From the IMG/VR virus record IMGVR_UViG_3300020036_004254: a stretch of 64,000 bases of DNA; one strand, written 5' to 3'. Positions 44,801-54,699 of the stretch are shown here, one piece after another. This DNA comes from a virus (taxonomy: Duplodnaviria > Caudoviricetes). A program made the position numbers and the translations under genes. Under the pieces are notes generated by a model, which was not told the origin of the DNA, made no database searches, and saw only the letters and a list, made by a program, of their open reading frames with translations. Positions within the stretch are counted from its first letter, which is position 1. Each line of letters starts with the position of its first letter.

Positions 44801-47512
44801 ATGTCTTACAACTTGACACAACAAGAACTGAACGAAATGCGCGACTGGTCTGCAAAGGCAGAGCAGTTAGTTCGTTTGGGGATGTTGCCAGTTGGACAGT
44901 TACCATATGTTAAAAAAGCATTAAAGGCGGTACAAACGGATAGTTTTTTGCCCCTGATTCTGAGAAAACCGTTCTACAAGTTCATCGATGAACTCTTAGA
45001 ACTATCTCTAGGGGAACCGGGAATCTACCGCCTTATTCGAAACAAGGTTGCCGCCAACAGAAATAATTCTGTGGTGAACCGATATATGCCAGAGGGAACA
45101 ATCATGGACGAAGATGTATTGAACGAGGAAGCCAAGGCTTCTTTCAAGAAGTTGTTGCGCCCAAACTTCTATAAAGATAAAGAGGTGTCTACCAATCAGA
45201 CAGAAACGTCTAAGATTGCAAGCAAGGCGCACTCAAAGGCCAAGGTAACTGAGGAAACAGAAGAGTTGAGTGAACTATCCAAGCCCACGATGAAGAACTA
45301 TATCAAGAAAGCCAAGGATTGGATGAATAATCCAAAAAATAATAATTATGGGGAGAAGAAACTTGGAGATAAAAATCTTTCCAAGAAAGGGATTGATGGC
45401 ATCAAATCGTTGATTAATCAGCCATCGATGGGTGGTGATAGAAAGTTCCTAACCAAAATAGGAAAAAGAACAATGAGTGTTGACCATGCCCGAACAAAGA
45501 TAAAAGAAGAGACACTTAAAGAAGCACTCTTTGACAAGGAGTATTTGAAGAAGATGGCCGCACGGGGTACTCGTTTGGGTGCGCCTACGTCTGCCAAGGA
45601 ATTCAAGGTCGGAAAGCCCAAGGAAAAGTTTACGGTCACCCCAAAATCCGCTACTGATTTCAAGGTGAAGAAAAACACCAACGAAGAGTTGGTGGTGGAG
45701 TTGAAGGCGGATACGTATCTGAGTGCCGGAAGAAAGGCGATTGGTAGACTTCAGACATTGGCCGCGAATCGTGGTATTGACCAGCTTTCCAGCGTCCAGA
45801 ATAAAAGGGGTGCTGTTTCCGTGTCATCAAAAGAAAAAAGACACGCCAAAGGTGCTGAAAATGCCATGTCATTGTTGGCACGAAAAGCCAAGGCAAACGA
45901 AGAAATGGAAATTGCCAACATGGACATTCTTGACGAGGATGTGAACTATCGCAAGACTCCTCAGGGAATGTTGCAAACCTTGTCCAACATGGTCAAGATT
46001 AAGAAGCGTCATGGTGGAAAGGTAAGCGTTAACGACCGTAAGATTGCGTCTAAGGCTCGCAACGAATTGCGCCGACGCAAGTACTTTGGGTCTGGGTCTT
46101 CTATTACCGCCAGCTTTGATACGGCGTATTTGGATTTGGCCGATGTGCTGGCGGAAGAGGGAATCTTCCTGAATGAAGAGCAGTTGGACGAGTTGAAAAA
46201 CACCACCATGATGCGAGCCTATTCAGACCGTATGGACAAGGCCCGTCATCATCGTTCAATGGCCTCTTCACGCGCAAGACACCTTCTACGCCCCAATGAA
46301 GACCCCAAGGTTCGAACCGACCGTGTGCTTGAACGAAAGCACACGAAGAGAGCGGATAAGACCTTGTGGCACATGGCCAACAAGGGACGAAAGGTACAGG
46401 AAGAGGTTGAGTCAATCGAAGAGATTTCCGATGAACTCAAGACTCGTTATGCCGAGAAGGTGCAGAGCAACTTCAAAGAGAAGGGTGTTCGCGCCAAGGG
46501 TCGAAAGCAGTTTGATAAAGTTATCAAGCGTCTCAAGACCGCTGATGCTATTCTTCGAAAGGAAGAGGTTGAGCCATTAGAAGAGATTTCACGCGAATTG
46601 CGTGGTCGATATGTCAACGCGGCCATCAAAGACCGGGAAGCGCGTAGAACAGAAAGAGATAAGGTTGTGAAGCGTGAGAAAAGCAAAAAGACTAGCACCG
46701 GATGGAGTCCTGAAGAAAAGGACAACGACCGTAAATATTTCAATCGCCATAAGGGGATTGATAGAAGCCGCTTGAAGTTTAAGCAAATGGGGCCGAAGAA
46801 AGTTTCTGAGTCTGTAGAACAACTAGACGAACTTTCACGAAAGACGCTAGGTTCATATGTCAAGAAAGCCGTACCGGAAAAGAGTGACGCGGATTGGAAT
46901 TTGGGAATCTTGGCACACAAAAGAAATGAAAACCAAGACTATCCGCTTCCAACGGGCGGGAAATCTTCTGTGAACAAATTGCTTCGAAAGACAGAAAAGC
47001 GTGGTAAAGGCATTCTAACAGCGGCAAAGAAAATGTCAGAATCATATGCCGATGATACCCCACCTGCAAATGATGAGTGGGAGTCTTCGGCCACTAAACC
47101 CAAAAAGAAAATCAGACCGTCCAAATCTACATGGTACAAGAGTGTTGATGATGCGGCTGATGTCAAAGGAGTAGACCCGAAAATGAAAGTACGATTCAAT
47201 AAGGAAGAATTTGAGAAGCGAGTTGCCACCACACTAAACTTGTTTGAAGTAAAGAACATTTCGGAGTTGGACGAGGAAATGAGCAAGTTGTTCATGAGCC
47301 TTGTACAGATGGAAGCCAAGTCCGATTTGGTATATCATGACCAAGCCTACGCACGAATTCAGGCGGCGAAGAAGGGTGGTGTTGATTCTCGTTATCAAGA
47401 AGAGAAGAAAAAGCGCGAAGAAAAAGCCGCCGCCGCGATGTCAGCGGCCAGAGCAGAAATGGGAAAGGCAAAGATTGGTTCCGGATGGTCCAAGCTTCCT
47501 TCCGATAAGTAA
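44801..47512 (+). CDS. Large Lys/Glu-rich late protein, probable internal head polyprotein
   Basis: Repeated E-x-(L/I)-x-E-(L/I)-(S/K) units followed by basic segments; late promoter and AGGAG RBS. Confidence 0.7.
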   Translation: MSYNLTQQELNEMRDWSAKAEQLVRLGMLPVGQLPYVKKALKAVQTDSFLPLILRKPFYKFIDELLELSLGEPGIYRLIRNKVAANRNNSVVNRYMPEGTIMDEDVLNEEAKASFKKLLRPNFYKDKEVSTNQTETSKIASKAHSKAKVTEETEELSELSKPTMKNYIKKAKDWMNNPKNNNYGEKKLGDKNLSKKGIDGIKSLINQPSMGGDRKFLTKIGKRTMSVDHARTKIKEETLKEALFDKEYLKKMAARGTRLGAPTSAKEFKVGKPKEKFTVTPKSATDFKVKKNTNEELVVELKADTYLSAGRKAIGRLQTLAANRGIDQLSSVQNKRGAVSVSSKEKRHAKGAENAMSLLARKAKANEEMEIANMDILDEDVNYRKTPQGMLQTLSNMVKIKKRHGGKVSVNDRKIASKARNELRRRKYFGSGSSITASFDTAYLDLADVLAEEGIFLNEEQLDELKNTTMMRAYSDRMDKARHHRSMASSRARHLLRPNEDPKVRTDRVLERKHTKRADKTLWHMANKGRKVQEEVESIEEISDELKTRYAEKVQSNFKEKGVRAKGRKQFDKVIKRLKTADAILRKEEVEPLEEISRELRGRYVNAAIKDREARRTERDKVVKREKSKKTSTGWSPEEKDNDRKYFNRHKGIDRSRLKFKQMGPKKVSESVEQLDELSRKTLGSYVKKAVPEKSDADWNLGILAHKRNENQDYPLPTGGKSSVNKLLRKTEKRGKGILTAAKKMSESYADDTPPANDEWESSATKPKKKIRPSKSTWYKSVDDAADVKGVDPKMKVRFNKEEFEKRVATTLNLFEVKNISELDEEMSKLFMSLVQMEAKSDLVYHDQAYARIQAAKKGGVDSRYQEEKKKREEKAAAAMSAARAEMGKAKIGSGWSKLPSDK

Positions 47513-47533
47513 TTTTCACATAGGAGTAAGACA

Positions 47534-48190
47534 ATGAGTGGATGGAGCAGAACGCAACGGCCAGAGGCCGATACAACAAAGGATGCAAACTCAATTTTTG
47601 GTGTCGATGGCACTGAAATTGAATTTGCACCGGGAGTCGCCCACATTGGTTGGGTGCATCGTAAAACCGTAGGGGACCGTGTCGTATACGAAACGGTTGT
47701 CGCCATGAAAGAAGCACCAGTCGAAGGAAGCGGTGATGATTCCGTATTCCCGAACGTTTCGTGGAGTGTAACCCCGACCCCGTCAGTCACCCCGTCGGTC
47801 ACACGTACCCCGTCAGTCACACCGTCAGTGACCCCGACCGTAACCACCAGCACCAGCATTGGGTGGTCACCGTCAGTAACCCCGACCTCAACCCCAAGCA
47901 ACAGCATTGGTTGGTCGGCATCAGCAACCCCAACCCCGACTGTGACCCCAACCGCAACCCCGACTGTAACACCAAGTCAGACGATTGGATTCACCCCGTC
48001 GGTAACACCGTCTCCGACCCCGTCAGAGACACCAAGTGTGAGCTTCACCCCAACGGTAACACCAACGGTGACCCCATCGGTTACCCCGTCGGTGACACGT
48101 ACACCGTCCGTGACGCCGTCAGTCACACCGTCGGTGACACGTACACCGTCCGTGACGCCGTCAGTCACACCTTCACCTTCACGCCCGTAA
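47534..48190 (+). CDS. Virion protein with a (VTPS)n tail
   Basis: GVAHIGWV...ETVVAM motif recalled from T4-like virion proteins, then VTPS repeats. Confidence 0.7.
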   Translation: MSGWSRTQRPEADTTKDANSIFGVDGTEIEFAPGVAHIGWVHRKTVGDRVVYETVVAMKEAPVEGSGDDSVFPNVSWSVTPTPSVTPSVTRTPSVTPSVTPTVTTSTSIGWSPSVTPTSTPSNSIGWSASATPTPTVTPTATPTVTPSQTIGFTPSVTPSPTPSETPSVSFTPTVTPTVTPSVTPSVTRTPSVTPSVTPSVTRTPSVTPSVTPSPSRP

Positions 48191-48203
48191 TAGGGGTTAA
48201 TCA

Positions 48204-48647
48204 ATGGCAGATGGCAAACTAACAGACTTCACGGCGGCAACGACGACAGAAGCAACTGATAAGATGTATTTGGTTCGGAATGGTGTGGATTTGTACATTA
48301 CACTTTCCACGTTGTTGGCCAATATACCGTCTGTCATCAAAACGCAGAGTCCCATCTATTTGGGTGGGACTCCGCAGTCATTGGCGGGTGCGGGACTTAT
48401 CACGGTAACACAAACAACAACAGAAATCACGAATACTTCAAGTGTTGGCTTGACCATCAATGATGGTTTGTTTGATGGTCATGTCAAAATCATTCTCACC
48501 ACGAGTGCAACAGGTGTCTCCACCTTGACGGGGGCGAATTTGGCCGTAACGTCAATTGCATTTGACCAAGCCGGGAAAACGATGTTGTTGTTTTGGCGTG
48601 GTACCAAGTGGTGGCCTCTTTCTGGAACCGCTACTATTACCTACTAA
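48204..48647 (+). CDS. Putative virion structural protein
   Basis: MADGKLTDF.AAT N-terminus; Thr-rich; DGHVKII, LLFW.GTKWW. Confidence 0.65.
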   Translation: MADGKLTDFTAATTTEATDKMYLVRNGVDLYITLSTLLANIPSVIKTQSPIYLGGTPQSLAGAGLITVTQTTTEITNTSSVGLTINDGLFDGHVKIILTTSATGVSTLTGANLAVTSIAFDQAGKTMLLFWRGTKWWPLSGTATITY

Positions 48648-48650
48648 ACC

Positions 48651-49022
48651 ATGATTCTAAATGATGAGACGTTCTTACTATATGCAGTAAAGCACTACGA
48701 TAACCCCGGATGTATGGGAATGAAAGAGTTTCAAGATGATTTGAAGCGATTCAAATACATCAAACGGTTATTAAAGCAATACGAAAAAACTGGGGACATT
48801 GTGGAGCGATTGGTATTGAACCATATCATATTACTCCACAATGTTTTTGGAGACGCCACGGTCCCCTTATTGTTTTTCAAATTCGAGAAGCGATATTGGC
48901 CACAGATTAAAACGTTTTTGGTGTTTTTGAACTATCTCCCAGACAATTACATGATTGATGGGGAAAGTGAAAGTACTATTCCACTAGACCAAACACTCAT
49001 TTTTAAACTGAGAAAGATATGA
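48651..49022 (+). CDS. Conserved T4-like hypothetical protein
   Basis: FLLYAVKHYDNP.C...EF.DDLKRFKYIKRLL..ERLVLNHIILLHNVFG. Confidence 0.8.
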   Translation: MILNDETFLLYAVKHYDNPGCMGMKEFQDDLKRFKYIKRLLKQYEKTGDIVERLVLNHIILLHNVFGDATVPLLFFKFEKRYWPQIKTFLVFLNYLPDNYMIDGESESTIPLDQTLIFKLRKI

Positions 49023-49207
49023 AGTCATTTATCGAATTTATTACCGAAGAGGGCGAGGGTGGCGTTCCGGCAAACAACAGTGCGGCCACTCCGGGTATTG
49101 CAAAATACGACCCGCTTCTCGGTAGCAAAAAACTCAAGGCAAGACGAACACAACCACAGACCGTGGGAAGCGTTGTTCGAATTCCCGGCACACCATCACA
49201 TGGGTAA
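49019..49207 (+). CDS. Small protein with a capsid-targeting-like N-terminus
   Basis: MKSFIEFITE resembles the T4 internal-protein CTS (MKTYQEFIAE). Confidence 0.6.
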   Translation: MKSFIEFITEEGEGGVPANNSAATPGIAKYDPLLGSKKLKARRTQPQTVGSVVRIPGTPSHG

Positions 49208-49213
49208 TACAAT

Positions 49214-49729
49214 ATGGCTGACTCTGAACACATGACAAACCAGCTTGAGATTAAGGTTGCACTCATGGAACAAAACATGAACAATTTCAAAAACGTTTTT
49301 GACCGATTGGACACAGCCATCGAAAAGATTGGCGATGTCTCTGGTGTCATTAAACAGATGTTGGCTGTGCATGAACAACGCATTTCAAATCTAGACGACC
49401 GAATCAACTACCACAAAAACGATGCTGAAATGGCCAATGAATCAATTAAAAGGGATGTCAAAGACCTTAATACGCGCATTACCGATGTCAACAAAGAGTT
49501 TACAGCACTCCTTACCTCAACCGAAACAAAGATTTTAGAAAAGCAGGATGAAGTAGAGGAAAGAATTCTTGCCAGTATGAAAGATATGAAGGAGTCTTTG
49601 GTCAAGAGTAACAAGTCATTAGAAAGCCGTGTTAAGACGTTGGAAACATGGCGTTGGATATTGGTGGGTATGGGGACAGCGGTTGGACTGTTGTTGGAAT
49701 ACGTCTACGATGCACTAACCAAGTCCTAG
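49214..49729 (+). CDS. Coiled-coil protein with C-terminal TM
   Basis: RLDTAIEKI..V..MLAVHEQRI, LETWRWILVG. Confidence 0.75.
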   Translation: MADSEHMTNQLEIKVALMEQNMNNFKNVFDRLDTAIEKIGDVSGVIKQMLAVHEQRISNLDDRINYHKNDAEMANESIKRDVKDLNTRITDVNKEFTALLTSTETKILEKQDEVEERILASMKDMKESLVKSNKSLESRVKTLETWRWILVGMGTAVGLLLEYVYDALTKS

Positions 49730-49732
49730 GGC

Positions 49733-49761
49733 TTGACAACGCAGGTTTCATGGGGTACATT
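49733..49761 (+). promoter_or_regulatory. Sigma70-type promoter TTGACA-N17-TACATT
   Basis: Upstream of the primase. Confidence 0.8.
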
Positions 49762-49785
49762 TCTGGACTAACCGGAGTGTACCCC

Positions 49786-50835
49786 ATGTCGTTATATATC
49801 GATGTAACCTACTTGAATCAACTCAGTCCCAAGTTGCCCCTCTTCAAACAGAAGGGGCAATACTTGTGGAACTGTCGTTGTATACTATGTGGTGATTCTT
49901 CAAGCAAGAAAAACAAAACACGGGGTTATTTCTATCGCACCAGACAGAACTTGTACTACAAGTGTCACAACTGTAATGCCAGTATGCATTTTGGTTCGTT
50001 TCTCAAGGATGTAGACCCTGTCTTGTATGACGCATACTACTTTGAGCGGTTTGCGAGTGGGAGTGATGGACGAGCCGCCCACGTTGCCAAAGAAGAGGAT
50101 TTGTTCTCGGGTCTTGAACCCATGAGAGAATTGAAGCTCACCCCTCAGGTATGGGAAGATGATGTGCTTCATGGGGTGTGTCAGAAGGTATCAGACCTTC
50201 CCCCAGACCACCTTGCGCGGGTGTACTGTGCCGCTCGACAGCTTCCGGAACAGGAGCTTTATCGTCTGTATTACATCCCCCATGTCAAAGACATTCTTTC
50301 GGTGGCACCGGAGAAGTACAAAGAATCCCTCAACACCGATGAGCCAAGACTGGTCATTCCGTTTCATAAGGATAACGGAAAGATTGTTGGAGTGTCTCTC
50401 CGGGCACTGGATGATAACAAACGCCGATATATCTCAGTTAAATTCGAGGAAGACACCCCCTTGATTTTTGGGCTGTTACAGCTAGATAAGACACAGCCTT
50501 TTGTGGTATTAGAGGGACAGTTTGACAGCCTGTTTATTCCTAACAGCATTGCCTGTGGCGGAACGTCATTTAACAAAATAGAAACGTTTGGCTTGCCAAA
50601 AGAGCAAATGACCATTGTGTTTGACAATCAGCCTCGTAACAATGATGTGTGTAAAATCATGAAACGATATATAGACATGGGCTATCGGGTGTGTATCTGG
50701 CCGTCTACCGTAGAACAAAAAGATGTGAATGAAATGGTGTTGGCGGGGATTGACCCCATGAAACTTATTGCAGAGAATACCTATCAGGGCGTTCTTGCAG
50801 AACTACAATTTTCAATATGGAGAAAGATAAAATGA
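49786..50835 (+). CDS. 61: DNA primase gp61
   Basis: NCRCILCGDS..KTRGY..YKCHNC, RLVIPF, EGQFDSLF, FDNQPRN, KDVNEM. Confidence 0.95.
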   Translation: MSLYIDVTYLNQLSPKLPLFKQKGQYLWNCRCILCGDSSSKKNKTRGYFYRTRQNLYYKCHNCNASMHFGSFLKDVDPVLYDAYYFERFASGSDGRAAHVAKEEDLFSGLEPMRELKLTPQVWEDDVLHGVCQKVSDLPPDHLARVYCAARQLPEQELYRLYYIPHVKDILSVAPEKYKESLNTDEPRLVIPFHKDNGKIVGVSLRALDDNKRRYISVKFEEDTPLIFGLLQLDKTQPFVVLEGQFDSLFIPNSIACGGTSFNKIETFGLPKEQMTIVFDNQPRNNDVCKIMKRYIDMGYRVCIWPSTVEQKDVNEMVLAGIDPMKLIAENTYQGVLAELQFSIWRKIK

Positions 50836-51683
50836 GAGTGATTTTAGAACCAACCGTAACCACGTTTTCCAAGCAGATATTCATTGAACATCCGGTGTAC
50901 AAGATTCCGGCAGACGGAAATGACGCTGTCAAGATTGGGGCCTTTGCCGCCAAGGGATGTTACGATTCGTTTGGTGAGAACGGTCGCGCCAACGAGGAGA
51001 ATCAGCGTCAGGTGATTGAACACGTTCATGGGTCTGTGCTTGAACATATTCAGGTGGGTGTCTTTATTGAGGGCGTCACTCGTGGGTTGTCCTTGGAGAG
51101 CAATCGCCATCGCCAGAACGCGATTTCTCAGCGGTCTACCCGTTACACCGCAGAAGAGGATGCGGCGATTGTGCTTGAGCCGTATTATGCCGAGCTATGG
51201 CGGAAGTATGTGACGTTGGCACAAATCACCCGCGTTCCCGCAACAGATACACACCCGGGCCGTTGGACCTATCGATATTCAGACACCGTCACCACGTTGG
51301 TCCCGGATTTGAAACTCTTGATTAACTTTTTGAATAGCGCAGAACGTTCGTTTATGGATTACAACGAACAGGTTTGCATTCTTATGTCACTCAATCCCAA
51401 CGACTTGAAGGGGTTTGACCTACGCAAGTGGGCGCGTGGAAAGGCCAGAAACATTTTGCCACACGCATTGGAGACACGAGTTGCCTATACGGGCAATCTT
51501 CGGTCGTGGCGTTGGTTTATTCAGTCACGGTCTGAGAATCATGCTGAACCAGAAATCCGTCGCTTGGCAGATAAGTTGTTGGCCGAGTTGAGGATACACT
51601 ACCCGCTCTATTTCGAGGACTTTGAAAACATTGGAGACTTTGACGGAATCCCAGAGTGGGTTCCAAAGTATCGCAAAGTATAA
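50832..51683 (+). CDS. thyX: Flavin-dependent thymidylate synthase
   Basis: HGSVLEH, RHRQNAISQRSTRY (RHRX7S), GNLRSWRWF..R, EIRRLA. Confidence 0.92.
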   Translation: MRVILEPTVTTFSKQIFIEHPVYKIPADGNDAVKIGAFAAKGCYDSFGENGRANEENQRQVIEHVHGSVLEHIQVGVFIEGVTRGLSLESNRHRQNAISQRSTRYTAEEDAAIVLEPYYAELWRKYVTLAQITRVPATDTHPGRWTYRYSDTVTTLVPDLKLLINFLNSAERSFMDYNEQVCILMSLNPNDLKGFDLRKWARGKARNILPHALETRVAYTGNLRSWRWFIQSRSENHAEPEIRRLADKLLAELRIHYPLYFEDFENIGDFDGIPEWVPKYRKV

Positions 51684-51686
51684 ATA
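51679..51686 (+). promoter_or_regulatory. T4-type late promoter TATAAATA
   Basis: Overlaps the thyX stop codon. Confidence 0.6.
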
Positions 51687-51725
51687 CCCTTCCACCCATT
51701 AGAACCATTTCACAGAGAACGACAC

Positions 51726-52097
51726 ATGAACCAAGCCGAAGTAGCAATTTTTCAGGAAGCCTGTGGCCAGAAGGTGAGCCGCACAATCACGTGGGAAAAC
51801 AATGAACAGGCGGAACTTTACGCCAATTTGATTAGAGAAGAAGTTGGAGAGTTGTTAGATGCATTCGATGCGCGTGACATAGAAGAAGTAGCTGATGGTG
51901 CCGCTGATGCGATTTGGGTGATTCTAGGGTTGTGTAATACTATGGGTATTCCGATTAACCCAGTATGGAGAGAAGTCATGCTCTCCAATATGAGCAAGAT
52001 TCCAGAGGATGGTGTGATTCTCCGTCGAGAAGACGGAAAGGTTTTGAAGCCAGCCAGTTTCTTCCCACCAAACATCAAACAGGTACTAGGACTATGA
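51726..52097 (+). CDS. MazG/PRA-PH-like NTP pyrophosphohydrolase
   Basis: LIREEVGEL, EVADGAAD, V..SNMSK, REDGKVLKP. Confidence 0.85.
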   Translation: MNQAEVAIFQEACGQKVSRTITWENNEQAELYANLIREEVGELLDAFDARDIEEVADGAADAIWVILGLCNTMGIPINPVWREVMLSNMSKIPEDGVILRREDGKVLKPASFFPPNIKQVLGL

Positions 52098-53749
52098 GTG
52101 TAACCGAACCAGTGGTAATGAGTGAGTTTGCCAAGAACATCATGGAGCAGAAGTATTCACACACACTTCCTGATGGGTCAAAGGAAACATGGGAAAACAT
52201 TTCTTATCGTGCCGCCAAGCATGTGATGAAGGCGGTTGGTGCCGGAAAAGAGTTGACCAAACGTGCCGAAGCGTTGATTCGGCGTCGGGCGTTCATGCCC
52301 GGAGGTCGATATTTGTATGCAAGCGGTCGGGCATTCCACCAAACACAAAACTGTTTGTTGTTGAGAGCCGAGGATAGCCGCGAGGGATGGAGTCAGTTGA
52401 TGCAGAAGGCAACCATGGCGTTGATGACAGGCGCGGGTATTGGTATTGACTATTCTGACGTTCGGGCTGAAGGTAAGTTGATTCGTAAGACAGGTGGTGT
52501 TGCTACTGGCCCCATCGCACTTATGCAAATGGTAAATGAAGCGGGTCGTGGTGTCATGCAGGGTGGGTCACGCCGCAGTGCGATTTGGGCGGGGTTGAAC
52601 TGGAACCATGCAGACATTCATAAGTTCATCAGTCTCAAGAACTGGACCCCAGCGGTGCGTCAGTTGAAGGAAGCGGACTATAACTTCCCAGCGACGATGG
52701 ACGGAACAAACATTTCTGTTATCCTTGACGATTTGTTCTTCAAGGCATATCGTGACGAGAAGCACAGTTTGCACAGTCACGCGCAGTCCGTCTATTGGGC
52801 GGTTATCGGACAGATGTTGAAGACAGGAGAACCCGGGTTCTCAGTCAATCTTGGCGCGAACAGTCGGGAGTCGTTGCGGAATGCGTGTACCGAAGTGACC
52901 TCAGAAGATGATAGCGATATCTGCAATCTGGGAAGCATCAACATGGCCCAGATTAACAGTTTGGAAGAAATGCAGGAAGCCGTAGATACTGGCATTGCAT
53001 ATCTTTTGGCTGGCACGGTGTACTCTGATGTACCATATGCCGAGGTAGATAAGATTCGTCAGAAGAATCGTCGCTTGGGTCTTGGTTTGATGGGGTTGCA
53101 CGAGTGGCTATTGTTGCGCGGAAAGAAGTACGGTCCAGATGCCGAACTTCAGAAGTATTTGGAGATTTACGCCACCAGCACGGATATTGCAGAGAAGTAC
53201 GCCAAGCAGTGGGATTTGAGTGTACCTGTCAAGACCCGCGCCATCGCTCCAACCGGAACGATTGGTATCGTGGCGGAAACCACCACAGGCATGGAGCCTA
53301 TCTTCTGTGCGGCGTACAAGCGTCGATATCGCAAGGGGACAGACATGATGGCGTACCAGTACGTCATTGACCCAACCGCTAAGAAACTAGTGGACAAGGG
53401 AGTGAACCCAGACCATATTGAAGATGCCTACACCTTGGCAGAAGATGTGGAACGGCGTGTTGCGTTCCAAGCGTGGTTGCAGAAGTACGTGGACCATTCG
53501 ATTTCATCCACTATCAATCTCCCAGAGTGGGGAAGTGAATTGAACAATACCAACACGGTGCAGAAGTTTGGGACCATGTTGATGAAGTATTTGCCAGAGT
53601 TGCGTGGTATTACCTGTTACCCAGACGGAGCGCGTGGTGGACAACCCTTGACTCCGGTGAAGTATTCAACCGCCATCAAGCACACTGGGGAAGTCTTTTA
53701 CGAGGCAGTTGATGTATGTGACATCACAAAAGCCGGGAGTTGTGGATGA
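52094..53749 (+). CDS. nrdJ: Ribonucleotide reductase, probably class II
   Basis: PGGRYL, QNC, GEPGF, NACTE, CNLGSIN, IAPTGT, C-terminal Cys pair; no beta subunit nearby. Confidence 0.85.
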   Translation: MSVTEPVVMSEFAKNIMEQKYSHTLPDGSKETWENISYRAAKHVMKAVGAGKELTKRAEALIRRRAFMPGGRYLYASGRAFHQTQNCLLLRAEDSREGWSQLMQKATMALMTGAGIGIDYSDVRAEGKLIRKTGGVATGPIALMQMVNEAGRGVMQGGSRRSAIWAGLNWNHADIHKFISLKNWTPAVRQLKEADYNFPATMDGTNISVILDDLFFKAYRDEKHSLHSHAQSVYWAVIGQMLKTGEPGFSVNLGANSRESLRNACTEVTSEDDSDICNLGSINMAQINSLEEMQEAVDTGIAYLLAGTVYSDVPYAEVDKIRQKNRRLGLGLMGLHEWLLLRGKKYGPDAELQKYLEIYATSTDIAEKYAKQWDLSVPVKTRAIAPTGTIGIVAETTTGMEPIFCAAYKRRYRKGTDMMAYQYVIDPTAKKLVDKGVNPDHIEDAYTLAEDVERRVAFQAWLQKYVDHSISSTINLPEWGSELNNTNTVQKFGTMLMKYLPELRGITCYPDGARGGQPLTPVKYSTAIKHTGEVFYEAVDVCDITKAGSCG

Positions 53750-54024
53750 TTATCGTCAAACGATTTACCGCCGCGTGGTGTGCCCCATGTCGGATGCTTA
53801 AGCCAGTCATAGAAGAACTAGAACAGGAATATCCTGATGTCAAGTTTGAAACTATTGATGTGGATGCTAACCTCAATCTTGCCGCAGAGTTTGAGGTCCG
53901 TTCAGTCCCCACCGTGTTGTTTCTCAACCAAGATTTAACCACCTTGCGTACTGTAATCGGGGCACACCCCAAGAAGTTTTACGCAGAGATTCTGAATGAA
54001 CTTGTCCAACAGGAGAACACATGA
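53746..54024 (+). CDS. Thioredoxin
   Basis: WCAPC and VRSVPT motifs. Confidence 0.92.
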   Translation: MIIVKRFTAAWCAPCRMLKPVIEELEQEYPDVKFETIDVDANLNLAAEFEVRSVPTVLFLNQDLTTLRTVIGAHPKKFYAEILNELVQQENT

Positions 54025-54182
54025 ACAAAAACATATATTGCGGACCTTGTGAGTTGGAGTTTCGCATCAAACATGACGCTGATGATGACATCTTTGTTCC
54101 AGAGTTTTGTCCATTTTGTGGAGCAAACCTAGACCTTGAAGAAGAATATGATGTGGACGATGTCGAAGAGGATGAGGAGTAA
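54021..54182 (+). CDS. 53-aa zinc-ribbon protein with acidic tail (absent from ORF track)
   Basis: AGGAG RBS; CGPC...CPFCG...EEEYDVDDVEEDEE. Confidence 0.75.
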   Translation: MNKNIYCGPCELEFRIKHDADDDIFVPEFCPFCGANLDLEEEYDVDDVEEDEE

Positions 54183-54219
54183 GACTAGATAAATAGAGTG
54201 ACCCCAACACGGACACTCT

Positions 54220-54624
54220 ATGTGGATATATGAAGGAAAGGAATTTGACGAAGTACCACCCAAGGTGATTGGATTTGTATACAACATTACCAACACCTTG
54301 GATGGTCGTCAGTACATTGGAAAGAAGCTGTTCAACTTCTCCACCAAGAAACCCCCCAAGAAGGGCAAGGTTCGAAAACGCCGCGTGACCAAAGAATCAG
54401 ATTGGCGCGAATATTACGGGTCAAACGAAGAGTTGAATGCCGATGTGGAAAAACTTGGCAGAGAACATTTTACACGAGAAATACTCTATCTCTGCACAAC
54501 CAAGGGGTGGTGTAACTACCACGAAGCTCGTTTGCAGTTTGAGTTTCGGGTGCTGGAAAACCGGGATAAATTCTACAACCAACAAATTCGGTGCCGCGTT
54601 CACCGGAGTCACTTGAAACAATAG
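54220..54624 (+). CDS. Short GIY-YIG nuclease (endonuclease II-like)
   Basis: GFVYNITN..GRQYIGKK, ESDW.EYYGS, FTREIL, FYN; GATAAATA at 54188. Confidence 0.85.
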   Translation: MWIYEGKEFDEVPPKVIGFVYNITNTLDGRQYIGKKLFNFSTKKPPKKGKVRKRRVTKESDWREYYGSNEELNADVEKLGREHFTREILYLCTTKGWCNYHEARLQFEFRVLENRDKFYNQQIRCRVHRSHLKQ

Positions 54625-54638
54625 GCACATGAACCCCC

Positions 54639-54667
54639 TTGACAAACGGGGTTGACTGGTGTACATT
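54639..54667 (+). promoter_or_regulatory. Sigma70-type promoter TTGACA-N17-TACATT
   Basis: Promoter family member. Confidence 0.8.
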
Positions 54668-54699
54668 CCCTTCATACCCGTGATAGGAGGATTTTGGAT

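Noticed and set aside
8880-53749. Inteins or group I introns in terminase, gp43, gp41, uvsW, thyX or RNR
   Set aside because: ORFs are continuous and of normal length with no splicing motifs; the extra length of gp46 is explained by repeats
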